Shown here: piece by piece, positions 26,020 to 38,812 of the stretch
How the letters are laid out: every line of letters begins with the position of its first letter
Position numbering within the stretch: position 1 is the stretch's first letter
Assembly: GCA_052327205.1 (NCBI GenBank)
Contig: CM126217.1
Coordinates: forward strand, 17,484,001 to 17,548,000
Length of the DNA stretch: 64,000 nt
Reading direction: 5' to 3'
DNA from: Somniosus microcephalus
Taxonomy: Eukaryota
The notes under the pieces: generated by a model
Databases searched by the model: none
What the model saw: only the letters and a program-made list of their open reading frames with translations
What the model was told of the DNA's origin: nothing
Made by a program: the position numbers and the translations under genes

Positions 26020-27292
26020 TAGGAGGTCCCCAGTAGTCTATTGGTTGTTGCAGAAGTCCCCACAAATGTGCCAGTAGTTAAGGTGTACACCAGGACTGTG
26101 CCAATTATTGCAGGAGGTCCCCAGGAGTGTGTCGATAATTGCAGGGGATCCCCAGGAGTATGTTAATAATTGCAGGGGTTTCCCAGGAGTATGTTAATAA
26201 TTGCAGCCCAGGAGTGTGTCAGTAATTGCAGGGGGTCCCCAGGATTATGTCGGTAATTGCAGGGGTCCCCAGGAGTATGTCATTAATTGCAGGGGGTCCC
26301 CAGGATTATATCAGTAATTGCAGGGGCTCCCCAGGATTATGTCATTAATTGCAGGGGGTCCCCAGGATGATGTCATTAATTGCAGGGGGTCCCCAGGATT
26401 ATATCAGTAATTGCAGGGGGTCCCCAGGATGATGTCATTAATTGCAGGGGGTCTCCAGGATTATATCAGTAATTGCAGGGGGTCCCCAGGAGTATGTCAG
26501 TAATTGCAGGGGGTCCCCAGGATTATATCAGTAATTGCAGGGGGTCCCCAGGAGTATGTCAGTAATTGCAGGGGGTCCCCAGGAATATGTTATTAATTGC
26601 AGGGGGTCCCCAGGAATATGTTATTAATTGCAGGGGGTCCCCAGGAGTATGTCAGTAATTGCAGGGGGTCCCCAGGATTATATCAGTAATTGCAGGGGGT
26701 CCCCAGGAGTATGTCAGTAATTGCAGGGGGTCCCCAGGATTATGTCATTAATTGCAGGGGGTCCCCAGGATTATATCAGTAATTGCAGGGGGTCCCCAGG
26801 AGTATGTCAGTAATTGCAGGGGGTCCCCAGGAATATGTTATTAATTGCAGGGGGTCCCCAGGAATATGTTATTAATTGCAGGGGGTCCCCAGGAGTATGT
26901 CAGTAATTGCAGGGGGTCCCCAGGATTATATCAGTAATTGCAGGGGGTCCCCAGGAGTATGTCAGTAATTCAGTAATTGCAGGGGTTCCCCAGGAGTATG
27001 TCAATAATTGCAGGGGGTCCCCAGGAGTATGTCATTAATTGCAGGGGGTCCCCAGGAGTATGTCATTAATTGCAGGGGGTCCCCAGGAATATGTCGATAA
27101 TTGCAGGGGGTCCCCAGGAATATGTCGATAATTGCAGGGGGTCCCCAGGAGTATGTCATTAATTGCAGGGGGTCCCCAGGAGTATGTCATTAATTGCAGG
27201 GGGTCCCCAGGAATATGTCGATAATTGCAGGGGGTCCCCAGGAGTATGTCGATAATTGCAGGGGGTCCCCAGGAATATGTCAATAATTGCAT
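26020..27292. repeat. Minisatellite, 31-bp unit GGTCCCCAGGAGTATGTCAGTAATTGCAGGG
   Basis: About 40 tandem units with a conserved TAATTGCAGGGGGTCCCCAGGA block, a variable 9-nt segment and a degenerate left edge. Confidence 0.97.
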
Positions 27293-28165
27293 TGGATCCT
27301 TAGCAGTTTTAGTGATGTTGGTTGAGGGATAAATGTTGGCCTGGACACTGGGGAGAAACTCCCCGGCTCCTCTTCTAATAATGCCTGGGATTGTTTACAT
27401 CCATGTGAGAGGGGAGACTGGGCCTCAGTTTAACATCTCAACCGAAAAACGGCACCTCCGACAGTGCAGCACTCCCTCAGTACTGCACGGGAGCCGCAGT
27501 TTATAATTTCTCATGGCCCTGTGAGTTTTGTGAAAAGGCATCAATTAGGACATTTTTTGAAATGTAAAATTTGTTGCAGGGGGATCCAGAATACACAAAA
27601 GAATACAGTATATGGTAAGCAAAAACTAAAATTCTGACGAAAGTTTGTTCCAAAATTAATCTGAAATTTGGGCATAAAAGACTAGACTCAAACTAAATTT
27701 GTTCAATGACTGAAACTAAACTTGAGATCCAGCAATGAAAACTAAAATTAATAATGTCAAGGACTGAAAGCTGACAGTGAAGTGACATTTCTGATATTCA
27801 CCAACAATTTTGTCTGATTATCCAAATGCGAGAGACACGAAAACATCCCGAGCAGTAAACTTGACAGTTATAGGACATAGTGGAAAGAAAATTGCTGATC
27901 CTTGACTGTCAAAGCCACAACAGTACTGACTTTACTAGATTACACTTTGCTTCAGTGAACAGCAGATTTCCTAATTAAAAAAAAGTGAAACAAATGATAA
28001 ATGACAAGCAAATAATTGAACTGATAAAATTAAGATGGGGTTCTTTCACTTTTTATAAGAAATCAGTGACTCTCGGCAATATCTGTAGTATGTGATGTAC
28101 CGTGGAGGGAGGGGAAGAATTGTGGCTAAGGTCTTGTTTTCTTTCAATGTGGATATAGATATAAT

Positions 28166-28852
28166 GGCCCAGAAATTCGGGTCGGGGGCTTCCCGCTAGT
28201 GCAAGCCCCCGACCTGCACTTACCTAGCGCGCTGGCTGTTGTGCTGTGGGCCCCCGTGGAATTCCGATCCTGAGCCTCCTCCAACTTCCGGCGCGCAGTG
28301 CTTGCGTATCCCAGGGGCGCAGTTAGTTCGATGCGTCCCCTGGGATCACGTGGGCCATGGAGAGTCAATGGTAGCAGGAAGGGCTGTCAAACCTATAAAT
28401 ACTACAAGCCCCAAAACATCACTAAATCTTCAAATAATTTTTTTTTTTTAAATCACATTTTTAAAATAAACTATAAATTACATGAAATAACTATTTTAAA
28501 TAATTTAAATTTTTGAAAAAAATAATTTTATTTTCTAACGGGGCTAAAAATAAACTTAGCTTTCTTTAAAGTATTTAAAAGTAATAAACCTGTGGGGAAA
28601 AATGTTTTAATTTTAATTAATTCACCACTTACCTTGTAAAAAGCAGGCCCATGTCTAACTTCTGGAGACTTACCTTCCCGGGAAAATCTGCAAAAAAAAC
28701 GTAAGTTCGATGCGCACGCGTTCGATCTCTGAACCCCTTTTAGGGGAACGGAAGTGCCGGTTTCTCATGCATGCAGGAAACCGGCACTTCCATTGGGCCT
28801 ACGGGTGAGTACCCTGTGCGTACTCACCTGTGGAGACCCGAATTTCTGGGCC
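28166..28852. mobile_element. Non-autonomous TIR DNA transposon (Harbinger-like)
   Basis: Perfect TIR GGCCCAGAAATTCGGGTC/GACCCGAATTTCTGGGCC, AT-rich centre and internal palindromes. A related partial copy at ~43620-44277 shares ccctgggatcacgtgggc. Confidence 0.75.
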
Positions 28853-28873
28853 ATTAATGTACTGCTTCATTTA

Positions 28874-29207
28874 CAGGAAACTTTGGTTTATCCGGAGGTT
28901 AACTGTCCGGAATGCTCGAGCCACCGGCAAAATTCAGGAGTCGGTTCAGTAAGTTTTTTTTCTTTTCGTTGCTTTTTTTTCACTAGTCAGGCTCTGCAAG
29001 GTCTAGCTAAAGCTGTTGCTTAGCTACAGAGATGCTTGCAAGCTACGGCCGACTGTTTAGAAGCTGTTGCTAAGCAACAGGGTTTGTTGCTAGATACGGA
29101 GCTCAAAAGCTTCCGTATGTTTTAACATTAGCGCTGGTTTGTCCGGCAGTTTTGATGGGACAGCAACAGCTCGGTCCCGTCAGTGCCGGATATCACAAAG
29201 TTTCCTG
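28874..29207. mobile_element. Tc1/pogo (Tigger-like) MITE, family A copy 1
   Basis: TA|CAGGAAACTTTG...CAAAGTTTCCTG|TA. Confidence 0.8.
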
Positions 29208-29440
29208 TAGATGGAACATCTGCTGACACAACAGATGCCTCTGCACTTGGACACACCAAACTCGTCATATGAGCATTGCCGCACCTAAAATTCAGTACGA
29301 GTACTCCCCCGTGTACTGTTCAGCCCAGTTTCAGAAAGAAGGTGGTTGTTCATAATAGTTTGTAAAATACATGCTTGTTGATTTGGTAGAAGAATGTTTT
29401 AATATTTAAATTCAAAAGGCTGTGCTGAAAATACTTCATA

Positions 29441-30413
29441 CAGGTAGACTACCCTTTATCCGGACTTCCGAAAACCGAAACCCTCTAAAAACCGAAGGTT
29501 TTTTCGTTCAGCGTAAGTCGTGCGTACGACTTACGCTGAACGAAAAAACCTTCGGTTTTTAGAGGGTTCCGGTTGCGGAAGTTCGGATAAAGGGTAGGTC
29601 GTGCGCACGACCCCCCCGCCAGCCCCGACAACCGCCGACCCCGCCAACCGCCGACCCCCCCGCGGACCCCGCCGGCCCCGAACCCGCCGACCCCCCCCGC
29701 CGGCCCCGACAACCGCCGACCCCCCCGCGGACCCCGCCGGCCCCGAACCCGCCGACCCCGACAACCGCCGACCCCCCCGCGGACCCCGCCAGCCCCGACA
29801 ACCGCCGACCCCCCCCGCGGACCCCGCCAGCCGCGACAACCGCCGACCCCCCCCCCCCCCCGCGGACCCCGCCAGCCCCGACAACCGCCGACCCCCCCGC
29901 CAGCCCCGACAACCGCCGACCCCCCCCGCGGACCCCGCCAGCCGCGACAACCGCCGACCCCCCCCCCCGCGGACCCCGCCAGCCCCGACAACCGCCGACC
30001 CCCCCGTGGACCCCGCCGGCCCCGACAACCGCGGACCCCGCCAGCCCCGACAACCGCCGACCCCGCCAGCCGCCGACCTCCCCGCCAGCCGCGACAACCG
30101 CCGACCCCCCCCCCCCCGCGGACCCCGCCAGCCCCGACAACCGCCGACCCCCCCGCGGACCCCGCCAGCCCCGACAACCGCCGACCCCGCCAGCCCCGAC
30201 AACCGCCGACCCCCCCGCGGACCCCGCCGGCCCCAACAACCGCCGACCCCCCCCCCCCCCCCGCATACCCCGCCGACCCCAACTGATTTACGCTGAGCGT
30301 CAGCGTAAGTCGTGCGCACGGACCCCCGCCGACCCACCTTCCGAAATCCGAAATTCTCCTTTATCCGAAACTCGGCTGGTCCTGAGGTTTTCGGATAAAG
30401 GATAGTCTACCTG
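29441..30413. mobile_element. Tc1/pogo (Tigger-like) MITE, family B copy 1, with internal GC-rich minisatellite (~29600-30280)
   Basis: TA|CAGGTAGACTACCCTTTATCCG...CGGATAAAGGATAGTCTACCTG|TA; reverse-orientation relative of 56265-56788. Confidence 0.85.
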
Positions 30414-30483
30414 TACTGTATTTTATAGTTAATATTGCTGTTGATGTGCATAACTCCATTAGCATTTAGAAAGGTGGTGTAAC

Positions 30484-30640
30484 TCTCCTGTTACCCACTG
30501 GGTAAAGGCCCAACTTGGTATACTGAGCCAAAAAGACCAGAATGCTTCAGGTTTGATCCCCAACCTGTGCTAAGTTACCTGATCTCTGCTGCGGCACAGG
30601 CTGCGATGCTACGTTTAGCTTCAGTGTGGACATTAGCTAA
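30484..30640 (+). mobile_element. Old LF-SINE-like fragment
   Basis: tactgagcc...gaccag...caggtttgatcccc...tgtgctaagttacctgatctc resembles the LF-SINE head as recalled. A minus-strand relative lies at ~575-655. Confidence 0.45.
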
Positions 30641-32808
30641 GAACAGAATTAGACTTGACAGCAGTGGCCTCCACAGTCAAATAGTCTGGTGAAACCGACT
30701 GCCTAGGCCTATGCTACAAGATCGACTATTTGGACGAGGTACTGGAGGGCTTGTGGAACCTAAGTCCCAGCAACGAGTGGATGGTTTTGAGTGATAAAGG
30801 GAACGTTTTGGAGGGGAACGAAATGCTTTGTATCCATCGAAAAACCCAGTGACCCAAATTAACCAGCCTTGAAGGAAAGGTTTTTTTTCACCCACTCACT
30901 CAGTATGTACGCCACACAAACATGCATTTGAAAAGTGGATCAGAAACAAGAACTGGGCTAACTTATTTTAACAGCAAGCTAACAACGTAACGTGGAGGTA
31001 GATCATCAGTGCAGAATTTAAAATGAGAAAGAGTTGCTCACGCAGATCTGAAATGGGTCAGTGTGAAAAAGGTTTTTTGCTGGAGACTGCCTCAGCAGTT
31101 TGATATAATCTGGATATTGTCTGAGTTCAGATCCCTATTGTGTCTTTAATAACTTTAGCTGATGGGATTGTGACAGGCAGGATGTGCTCTGAATGCATGT
31201 TATCTTTGTGCACTGGACTGGAACATAAGGTGGCACCATCTTCAGGAGAGATTGGACAAGCAGTCTGAGAAATGTAGAATGTTCCAGAATAGAAAAATAA
31301 ACCAATCTGGGATCAAAAAGAAAGAAGTATGTTGGAATTCTGAAACTGAAACAAGAACTGTTTCAAATACACAGCAGGTCCCTCAGCATCTGAAAAAGGA
31401 AAGATGCATTAATATTTTTGGGTGGAGACCCTTCACCAGATTTGTTTGTTTACAGATCCCTTCAGGATATCTACTCCCTCCAGCCCTAGCTCCGTCTGCT
31501 CTACTATGCATCCCCCTTCTTCTGCTCCATTAGTGACGGAGCCTTCAGCTAACGCACTCCAGAATTTGTTCCCTAAACCTAGACCATTTGTGAGTTTGTA
31601 AGGTCCATTCATTTAAATTAATTATAACACAGTGTGGGCACTGATTGGGCCATAAATTGGCAATGTTAAGGGTGTGGGGGGCAGGATATCCAGTGCAACT
31701 GTGCCTTAAAGGGGCAGACATGATTTCAGCACTGGACGTATGTATCATTAAAGCAGATGGCTGAGTGTAGTGCGAGGGCCCATGGAGGAGGGAGAACTGG
31801 CTTCTTTACAGAGGTCCTGAGGGAGGTGCAGTAAAGGAGGTTTGCCAGCGTCAGAAGTTGGCTGTCTAGGAAGAGGGGACAGAGCAGGTGAACGCTGCCT
31901 CATGTGAGGAGGTCATCGACACAGAAGAAAAATATTTGATGTGTTAAGGAGATTTGCCAGGTTAAATGTACCCTGAATGCAGGTGCTTCAAGTGGAATGA
32001 TGTGCAATGGGTGCAACAGACACTTGCACCTCAATCAGCTGCTTCATGACTTGGACACTTCACAGTCATTTCTCTCAAAATCACAAGACAGCCCAAATTG
32101 ATGCACATCACACCTTCAAGCTGCAGGCCCAGAGGGTGCTGAACCTACCGTCTCACAGCATTCACTCCACTCATCGTAAGCACCAGCACAGGGATAGCCA
32201 CTCCAGGGAATTCAGATTTAGATTGCATGGAGGGAACACCCGATGAAGCGCACAGTGCCGTTAGTTCATTGAATCATTTGAATCATTTGAAAGTGTGCAA
32301 AGCACCCTACACGGTGTTATGGCTAGTAAGGAGTATACTAGCCATATCTGTGCAATGGTGTATGATCACTTCCCAGAACTGCAATTCACTCTGAAGTGCC
32401 TCGCAAAATCAGGATCATCTTTAGCACAGCCTGTCTTGACAGATGCCCTAACCTGAGCTGTGGGTTAACTATTTAACTGATGCTATGAAGATCTCGGGCT
32501 CTAGTGTCTGAGAGTCTATCCTGTCTGGATTCACCATACTAGGGGACTGACTGGACAGTACCCTGACATATTTGTTTCCATGACCTGACTGCAGTCTGCT
32601 CCCATGCTAATCACAGGACATATGGAGGTAATGCCTGTTAGCAGGGCCATGGTAGGAAGAGGTACAGATGAGGAAGCTGTCTCTCGGTGCTACACCACTG
32701 ATGCGCTAAAGTGACCCATGCTAATCCACATAGGTCAAACAGCTACCAGAGCATCGGATGTGATGCCATCAGTTACATGGCCATCTTAGGATCCAACAGA
32801 AAAAGGTT

Positions 32809-33988
32809 TTATGAAAGGGAAATCATGATTAACAAATTTGCTGGAATTCTTTGAGGATGTAACAAGCAGGGTGGACAAGGGTGAGCCAGTGGATGTGGTG
32901 CATTTGGATTTCCAGAAGGCATTCGATAAGGTGCCACATAAAAAATTACTGCATAAGATAAGAGCTCACGGAGTTGGGGGTAATATATTAGCATGGATGG
33001 ATAGAGAATTGGCTAACTAACAGAAAGCAGAGAGTCGGGATAAATGGGCCATTTTCTGGTTGGCAAACGGTAACTAGTGGGGTGCCACAAGGATCGGTGC
33101 TCGGGCCCCAACTATTTACAATCTACATTAATGACTTGGATGAAGGGATCGAGTGTAATGTAGCCAGGTTTGCGGATGATACAAAGATGGATGGGAAAGC
33201 AAGTTGTGCAGAGGACTCAAAGAATCCGCAAAGGGATATAGACAGGCTAGGTGAGTGGGCAAACATTTGGCAGATGGAGTATAATGTGGGAAAGTGCGAG
33301 GTTATCCACTTTGGCAGGAAAAATAAAAAAAGCAAACTATTATTTAAATGGAGAGAGATTACAAAATGCTACAGTTCAGAGGGACCTGGGGGTCCTTGTG
33401 CATGAAACACAAAAAGTTAGCATGCAGGTACAGCAAGTAATCAAAAAGGTAAATGGAATGTTGGCCTTTATTTCAAAGGGGTTGGAACATAAAATCAGGG
33501 AAATCCTGCTACAACTGTACAGGGTATTGGTGAGACCACACCTTGAGTACTGCGTACAGTTTTGGTCTCCTTATTTAAGGAAGGATATACTTGCATTGGA
33601 GGCAGTTCAGAGATGATTCACTTGGTTAATTCCAGAGATGCGGGTTTGACTTATGAGGAAAGGTTGAACAGGCTGGGCCTATACTCATTGGAATTTAGAA
33701 GAATGAGAGGTGATCTTATTGAAACATATAAGATACTGAGGGGGCTCGACAGGGTAGATGCAGAGAGGATGTTTCCCCTCGTGGGGAAATCTAGAACTCG
33801 GTGGGGGGGGGATCGCCCTTTTAGAACTGAGATGAGGAGGAACTTCTTCTCTGAGGGTTGTAGGGAGTGAAGGGTTATGGGGAGCGGGCTGGGCAGTGGC
33901 TTTTAGCCCAAGATCAGCCATGATCTTATTGAATGGCGGAGCAGGCTCGAGGGGCCAAGTGGCCTATTCCTGCTCCTATTTCTTATGT
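32809..33988 (+). mobile_element. CR1 LINE fragment (RT domain to 3' tail), frameshifted
   Basis: [45 protein letters not shown]; tail ttcttatgt. Confidence 0.92.
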
Positions 33989-34906
33989 AAACGGCTGCCT
34001 CCATGCCTGGAGAAGAATGGACTAGGAAGACGATAATGAACAGCAAATTGCTTCCCCAAAGGAGGCACTTTTACACTTGCCTAAAAAAAATTCCATCTAT
34101 CCCAGGAGAGCGTCTTGTTTTTCTCCCCTTTTACATTTGACATTGGGTGCTGGTCTCTGTAATCCTGGTTTCTGTAATACTGCTGTGCAATGTGGAGATC
34201 CAGTCGCTTTAATTGAGAGCAAATGCCAGGATCTCGGAACCTTTGTTTGTTCACAGGACCGGGTGGCCTTTACCCAGAGCCAGATTGATAGACCCAGGTT
34301 TCTGTGGGTCACGTCCTTTCCTCGGTTCCAGATAGGTCATGTCCTTTATATTGTAGATTGCAGTCGGTGGAGGAGGACCATGCCTTTTGGTGAGCTACAG
34401 CATTATAAGGGCCCCTTTGGTTACCTGCAGCACCTGGCTGTAGAATCAAACAGGCCTGGGTACAAATGACCTTTCCAGCGAAAGCAACTGTGTGTGATGC
34501 TGAGAGGCAAAAGGAGCATCCTAGCTAGGATGATGTGCCTACGGTTATGAGCTTCGTAAGATGTGAGCACCTGTGAAGCATAAGAACATGGAATTGTCCC
34601 TACCAATGTACACTTGGAAAGCCATTTTTATTTAACTGAGAAGCCTAGATGCAGGACCCCACCATGATTGAAAAGTGCAGGAGAGAAGACAAGGTAAATT
34701 GGGGAGTAGTAATGAGAATAAGAAAGATTGTGCGGACGGCAGAAGAGAGTAAGAAAAAGTCAGAATATTAAAAATACTTTGTGGTGCTACCCCAGGCAAT
34801 GTAGGAGCATCTACTGTTTAATGCAGTTCATTACTGAGGCTTCTTTTAATGCTGTGATAACAGCTGTAACATCTGCCCTAATAGATCACCACATTTGCCT
34901 TCTCAG

Positions 34907-35103
34907 CTGCAAGTGCCAAGTGTTAAAGGCTTTGACTTTGCCAAGCAGCATATTGGACAGCACGGTAAAGATGACATACTGGTCATCCACGAAGGGCTTC
35001 CACCTGCCCCAGCAAAAGACAGCACACCATCTGAGAACGGCGACGTGTCGAGTCCTCAGCCGAAGGCAGCCAAACTCTCCAAGGGGCTTCGGCAGAGAAG
35101 CAG
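34907..35103 (+). CDS. KIAA1549: KIAA1549 coding exon: LQVPSVKGFDFAKQHIGQHGKDDILVIHE...SKGLRQRS
   Basis: tctcag|ctg acceptor and ag|gtgagt donor; 197 nt, phase 0 to 2. Contains the hallmark PSVKGFDFAKQH motif. Confidence 0.96.
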
Positions 35104-37031
35104 GTGAGTGGACACTATTACTCAGTGCATTGAAGACAAGACAGCAGAAAGATTTTTTTCTTTTTACATTAAAATCAAGTTAACTGTTGTGAAGTTTTGT
35201 TAGAGTTTATACCGCTCTTGATATTACATAGAGAGAAATTTTAAAAAATGGCAAAGTGTTTCAAGCAGATTGGCCTTTGCTCAGTGGTGTAGCATTTAAT
35301 GCAAAACTTGATCCCTCACATCAGAGGACTGAGTGAAGAAGAAAGATGAGAGAAACATGGGCAATTCATTCTCAAAAGAGGGTTCAGAGGACATTACAGA
35401 GGAAATCAAGAATGTGCAACTTGGGTGTTACGAATCTTCAATTTTGGCTTCTTTTTACTTGGAAAGTGTTTTGGAGTTGGATTTCTGTCAGCAAGCAAGA
35501 GTTTGACCGGCATGATTTTTTTTTTTTAAGTGCTGTTTGGCTAATTCTCCCCCACGCCCCCCCCCCCCCCCCAACCCCATGGTGCAGCCCCTCACACTCC
35601 GTGCGCAACCCCAAGCACCAACCCACTTCTTCCTCCTCCCCTCCATCCCTGGAAAAGACAGCACACCCATCTTATGTTGCCAACACCTCCTGCCGGAAAG
35701 AAAATTAGAGCTATAATGAAGGTGTGAAGTTGTTAGTCAATATTACGCCCAGCTGTGGCTGCAAGATACCTAGTACATTGATGAGGTGCAGTTCCTCAGG
35801 CTTGTGTTGAAGCTTCTTTGACAGTGGGCGGGGAGACGTTTTTCACAATACCCCAGCAGCAACCATGATATTGTCTTGCACCAGTCTGTGATGCCAGCAC
35901 TATTTGAAGAAGCAGACAGATTGGGAGTATAACTGCTGAGGAATCAGTGCTACCTTCTGAAGCCTTGGTTTTTAACATCAGTCAGGAACCCATGAACACG
36001 GGCCCACAAAGTATAATGAAGCTGTTGCTTCCATTTGGATTCTGGTGGAACGTACGGCTGGCATGTTGAAACAGAGATACTATTGTCTGAATTGATTAGT
36101 GGGCTTCTGCTCGCCAGACCTGAGAGGTGTCCAAAATGATCTCTATCCACTGTGTGTGGTATAATTGTGCTACAGAGGGAGGATCCCATTTAGCCTAGTA
36201 CCCTTTCTGTATGACCGGGTTCCCATGAGCAACTTGCTGCCCCTAATCCTCACTGCCCTCAATGCAATCCCTGTCTCTTCCCCTCCCCCATTTTTCAAAG
36301 AAGCGGATTGACGACTTTGGGCAGTTAGGTCATCCCCCTGCGAGGTAAATGTCTCTTTGCGCCAGAGCCCAAACTGCTGGGTGCTCATTGTGATGAACAT
36401 ATATTTGCATAGGGACAGACCCTTGGCCACAATTAAGCCCACTATCAAGGCCTTTTTAAGATAACCTCCAAACCTCTCGAGGCCAGAAGTGAGAGCCTTC
36501 TGTAAATTAGAGCTCTTCATTTCCTCAGTCCTGAAGTTGCAGCTGTATTGCTGATGACATTTATTGTACTATAGCTGTTGAATATACAGCAGAACCTTAG
36601 TCATCCATCATTGTGAACATAACATAAGAAATAGGAGCAGGAGTAGGCCAACCGGCCCCTCGAGCCTGCTCCGCCATTCAATAAGATCATGGCTGACCTG
36701 ATCCTAACCGCCAATCTACTGAAGGGAGATGCCCCACTTGATAGTCGAAGACAATTAGCAGATAATCAAGAATCCTCCTACCTATTGCCTGATAAATTTG
36801 TAGCTTCTGATTGGTCTATTTAGATTACCTGACTGCCTATCCTGGAGTCTGTAAAAGAAAAAAAAAATTAATTCAAAACATCCAATTGCGTTTTCGTGGG
36901 TTGATGTGAAACTAGTCCAGACTGCCACGAAAATCCTTGTAGATAATCGAGAGTACAGATAATTAAGGTTCCACTGGACATACAAATCAAAAATTGGTGC
37001 GCTGCCTAAAAGTCTAATGTCTGTTGTGTAG

Positions 37032-37156
37032 AGTTTCGCCTTCAGAAGCCGAGTCCACAGCCAGTGAACAGTCCAGCGGGAGAGAGTCCATCGAAGATAT
37101 TCCAAGACACCCTGTAACTCCTAGTGGTGGCAATAGACACACTGTGATCAGAAACG
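37032..37156 (+). CDS. KIAA1549: KIAA1549 coding exon: (R)VSPSEAESTASEQSSGRESIEDIPRHPVTPSGGNRHTVIRN(G)
   Basis: gtgtag|a acceptor and aacg|gtttgt donor; 125 nt, phase 2 to 1, fitting both neighbouring exons. Resembles RVSPSDADSTVSEESS. Absent from the ORF track. Confidence 0.88.
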
Positions 37157-37514
37157 GTTTGTATCCTCTCACTTATTAGCAGCTGCAATGTGAATCTGCA
37201 CATCATATATTTTGGGGGGAAAATGATAAATAAAGGGGGAGATGTCTGTTTTGGCGCAGAGACTGCTTGTCTGGTTTCAGATTGACTGATTTCAGCAGTG
37301 GCTGCCCATTCTCAGCAGCAAAAGCTTTGTGTGTGCGAGTGGAGCTGCTTCACCTTTCACATTCAAACAAGCCCCTTTCATGTTCCAGTGTGCAGTGGGC
37401 CCATTTCCTGTGTAACTGTACACCTACTTCCTATCCCTATAAGTGCGATCCCATCTGTATCTCCGTTGAACATGTGGGCATACCCATTTCTAATTGAGCA
37501 CATGGGCACACCTA

Positions 37515-38147
37515 TTTCCCAGTTGAACGTGTGGGCGCGCCCGTTTCCCAGTTGAACGTGTGGGCGCGCCCGATTCCCAGTTGAACGTGTGGAGGCGCCC
37601 GATTCCCAGTTGAATGTGTGGGTGCGCCCGATTCCCAGTTGAACGTGTGGAGGCGCCCGTTTCCCAGTTGAACGTGTGGGTGCGCCCGTTTCCCAGTTGA
37701 ACGTGTGGAGGCGCCCGATTCCCAGTTGAATGTGTGGAGGCGCCCGATTCCCAGTTGAATGTGTGGGCGCGCCCGATTCCCAGTTGAACGTGTGGGCGCG
37801 CCCGATTCCCAGTTGAACGTGTGGACGCGCCCGATTCCCAGTTGAATGTGTGGAGGCGCCCGGTTCCCAGTTGAACGTGTGGGCGCGCTCAATTCCCAGT
37901 TGAACGTGTGGGCGCGCCCGATTCCCAGTTGAACGTGTGGGCGCGCCCGATTCCCAGTTGAACGTGTGGGCGCGCCCGATTCCCAGTTGAACGTGTGGGC
38001 GCGCCCGGTTCCCAGTTGAACGTGTGGGCGCGCCCGATTCCCAGTTGAACGTGTGGGCGCGCCCGGTTCCCAGTTGAACGTGTGGGCGCGCCCGGTTCCC
38101 AGTTGAACGTGTGGGCGCGCCCGGTTCCCAGTTGAACGTGTGGGCGC
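37515..38147. repeat. Minisatellite, 29-bp unit TTCCCAGTTGAACGTGTGGGCGCGCCCGA (~22 copies)
   Basis: Directly visible; degenerate precursor-like units lie at ~37420-37515. Confidence 0.97.
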
Positions 38148-38329
38148 ACTGTTTGCCAGGAACAATTGCGTTTGTTTTACACATGCATTCTTTGAAAGGG
38201 CCTTGTCCTCTTTGGTTTTGGACTGGGAGAAAGGTGACAGCCCTACATAGTCCAGGTAAATTGTAATTCCATGATTAGCAATGGCTAGAACTCCTTAGTT
38301 TGAGCATTATTGTCACAAACAGTTATAAT

Positions 38330-38812
38330 CCACACAATAAGTGCACTCCAGCATTATATAAACATAACTGTAGCCAACATTCTTACCTAAAACGTAAGCA
38401 TACCCAAACAATATACAGGTATAAACAATAAGTGCACACCCAACATTATTATTTAAGCCATAAGAGTACACCAACAGTATTATCTAAACAATAAGTATAC
38501 CACTTTGATATTATAGAAACAATAAGTGTATCCAAATGATATAGAAACAATAAGTGTACCCCAACATTATTCTTATAAACATTGCATTTACCCCCACAAT
38601 ATTATATGAACAAGTGTACCACAGTTGATATTACAAAAACGCTAAGTGTATTCCAGCAATTATATTATTAGAATTGCGCTTGGCTTACGCTTGCAAACAA
38701 AATTATTATATAAGCAATAACTACCCCAATATTATAATAACTAAGTGTACCCCAAGGCAGTATATAAACAGTGCAGGTACCCCAAACTATTATCTGAGCC
38801 TATAAGTGTACC
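38330..38812. repeat. Old AT-rich degenerate tandem repeat (~30-bp unit aacaataagtgtaccccaacattatata)
   Basis: Recurring aataagtgtacc/cac motif. Confidence 0.7.

Noticed and set aside
26020-27292. CRISPR-like constant repeat with variable segments
   Set aside because: The variable parts are only ~9 nt, related to each other and recurrent; this is a eukaryotic intron with no cas genes.
29485-30337. Gly/Arg- or Pro-rich ORFs of 231-268 aa
   Set aside because: GC-rich minisatellite inside a TA-flanked MITE.
31640-32800. Possible Harbinger Myb/SANT-gene remnant (and a possible Harbinger derivative at ~62030-62960)
   Set aside because: Only faint motif resemblance, with no clear TIR pair or TSD; too weak to call by eye.
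37378-38184. ORFs of 217-268 aa on the minus strand
   Set aside because: Translation of a 29-bp tandem repeat.
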